27,185 bases of DNA from NCBI GenBank assembly GCA_044222475.1, contig JBGANF010000108.1, forward strand, positions 1-27,185, in the 5' to 3' direction. Shown here one piece after another: positions 26,029-27,185 of the stretch. Position 1 is the first letter of the stretch, and every line of letters begins with the position of its first letter. Under the pieces are notes generated by a model. That model made no database searches and was not told the DNA's origin. It saw nothing but the letters and a program-made list of their open reading frames with translations. Position numbers and translations under genes: made by a program. The DNA comes from Polyangiaceae bacterium (GTDB taxonomy: Bacteria; Myxococcota_A; Polyangia; Polyangiales; Polyangiaceae).

Positions 26029-27185
26029 GTGACCCCCGAACCTCTCGACGTCCTCATCGTCGGCGCCGGCCTCTCCGGCATCGGTGCCGCGCATCACCTC
26101 CAGGCCAAGCTCCCCACCAAGCGGTACTTGATCCTCGAGGGCCGCGAAGACCTCGGTGGCACCTGGGATCTCTTCCGCTACCCCGGGATCCGCTCCGACT
26201 CGGACATGTACACCCTCGGGTACTCGTTCAAGCCATGGACGAACCCGAAGGCCATCGCCGATGGTCCGTCGATCCTCGCCTACATCCGCGAGACCGCGAA
26301 GGCCGGCGGCATCGATCGCAACATCCGCTTTCGTCACAAGGTCGAGCGCGCGAGCTGGTCGTCGAAGGACGCCCTCTGGACGATCGAGGCGCGCGACGGC
26401 GCGAGCGGTGAGACGGTCCGCTTCACGACGCGATTCCTCTTCTTGTGCTCCGGCTACTACGACTACGACGCCGGCTACACGCCGGACTTCCCGGGTCGCG
26501 AGCGGTTCCGCGGGAGAGTCGTCCATCCGCAGAAGTGGACTCCCGACATCGACTACGACGGCAAGCAAGTCGTCGTGATCGGCAGCGGTGCGACCGCCGT
26601 CACCCTCGTTCCCGAGATGGCGAAGCGAGCCGCCCACGTGACGATGCTCCAGCGCTCGCCGACGTACGTCGTCTCCGCGCCGGAGAAGGACGCGCTCGCC
26701 GACTGGATGCGAGGACGGCTCCCGGAGAACGCCGCGTACGAGATCGCCCGATGGAAGAACGTCCTGCTCCAGATGGGCATCTTCAACTTCTCGCGCCGGT
26801 TTCCCGAGCGCGCGAAGAAGCTCCTCTTGAGCCAAGTGAAGAAGCAGCTGCGCGGCAGTGACGTCGACGTCGAGAAGCACTTCACTCCGACGTACCGCCC
26901 GTGGGACCAGCGGATGTGCCTCGTCCCGGACGCGGACTTGTTCAAGGCGATCCGAAGTGGGCGCGCGTCGGTCGTCACCGATCACATCGACACGTTCACG
27001 GAGAGCGGCATCCAGCTGAAGTCGGGACGAACGCTCGACGCCGACTTGATCGTCACCGCTACGGGGCTTCGCCTCAAGTTCGGCGGCGGCATCGCACTCA
27101 CCGTCGACGGCGCACCAGTCGTCCAGAAGGACATGCTCATCTACAAGGGGATGATGTGCAAAGACCTCCCCAACTTCGCGTTCAC
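26029..27185 (+). CDS. EthA-like flavin-containing (Baeyer-Villiger) monooxygenase, 3'-truncated by window
   Basis: Not in the ORF track (no stop in window). Manual translation from GTG 26029 (RBS GGGAG): DVLIVGAGLSG, GGTWDLFRYPGIRSDSD, FRGRVVHPQKW, VIGSGATA, LQRSPTY. Confidence 0.93.
   Translation, partial: MTPEPLDVLIVGAGLSGIGAAHHLQAKLPTKRYLILEGREDLGGTWDLFRYPGIRSDSDMYTLGYSFKPWTNPKAIADGPSILAYIRETAKAGGIDRNIRFRHKVERASWSSKDALWTIEARDGASGETVRFTTRFLFLCSGYYDYDAGYTPDFPGRERFRGRVVHPQKWTPDIDYDGKQVVVIGSGATAVTLVPEMAKRAAHVTMLQRSPTYVVSAPEKDALADWMRGRLPENAAYEIARWKNVLLQMGIFNFSRRFPERAKKLLLSQVKKQLRGSDVDVEKHFTPTYRPWDQRMCLVPDADLFKAIRSGRASVVTDHIDTFTESGIQLKSGRTLDADLIVTATGLRLKFGGGIALTVDGAPVVQKDMLIYKGMMCKDLPNFAF

Noticed and set aside
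25966..26985. 339-aa minus-strand ORF
   Set aside because: Antisense shadow of the flavin monooxygenase that the ORF track missed.
1..27185. CRISPR array, tRNA/rRNA, IS element or riboswitch
   Set aside because: No regularly spaced repeats, cloverleaf or transposase motifs seen, and all intergenic gaps are under about 160 bp. An Rfam/Infernal scan would be needed to exclude small RNAs fully.

Overview
High-GC, gene-dense chromosomal window. The Ser/Thr kinases, FHA- and GAF-type sigma54 activators, a TIGR02265-like protein and many lipoproteins point to a myxobacterium, probably Polyangiaceae-like (inference). It runs from the 3' part of mfd to the 5' part of an EthA-like flavin monooxygenase and holds about 24 CDS. 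I see no RNA genes, CRISPR arrays, transposases or prophage genes. Highlights: (1) a 74-aa Acb2/Tad1-like hairpin protein (a phage anti-defence sponge family) in a non-phage context; (2) a SprT/WLM-like HEXXH metalloprotease ending in the beta-clamp motif QLDLF, a candidate bacterial analogue of SPRTN/Wss1; (3) a self-contained module of membrane kinase, FHA-sigma54 activator and -24/-12 promoter driving a Cys-rich lipoprotein with a putative Cys-His-Glu triad; (4) a GAF-sigma54 activator facing a -24/-12 promoter for a lamin-tail/amidohydrolase lipoprotein; (5) a TetR/Coq4-like divergon with two operators overlapping both promoters; (6) a DJ-1 plus GFA-fusion gene pair behind a LysR-like box; (7) repeated signs of leaderless transcription. 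All family calls come from motif recognition by eye, not database searches.
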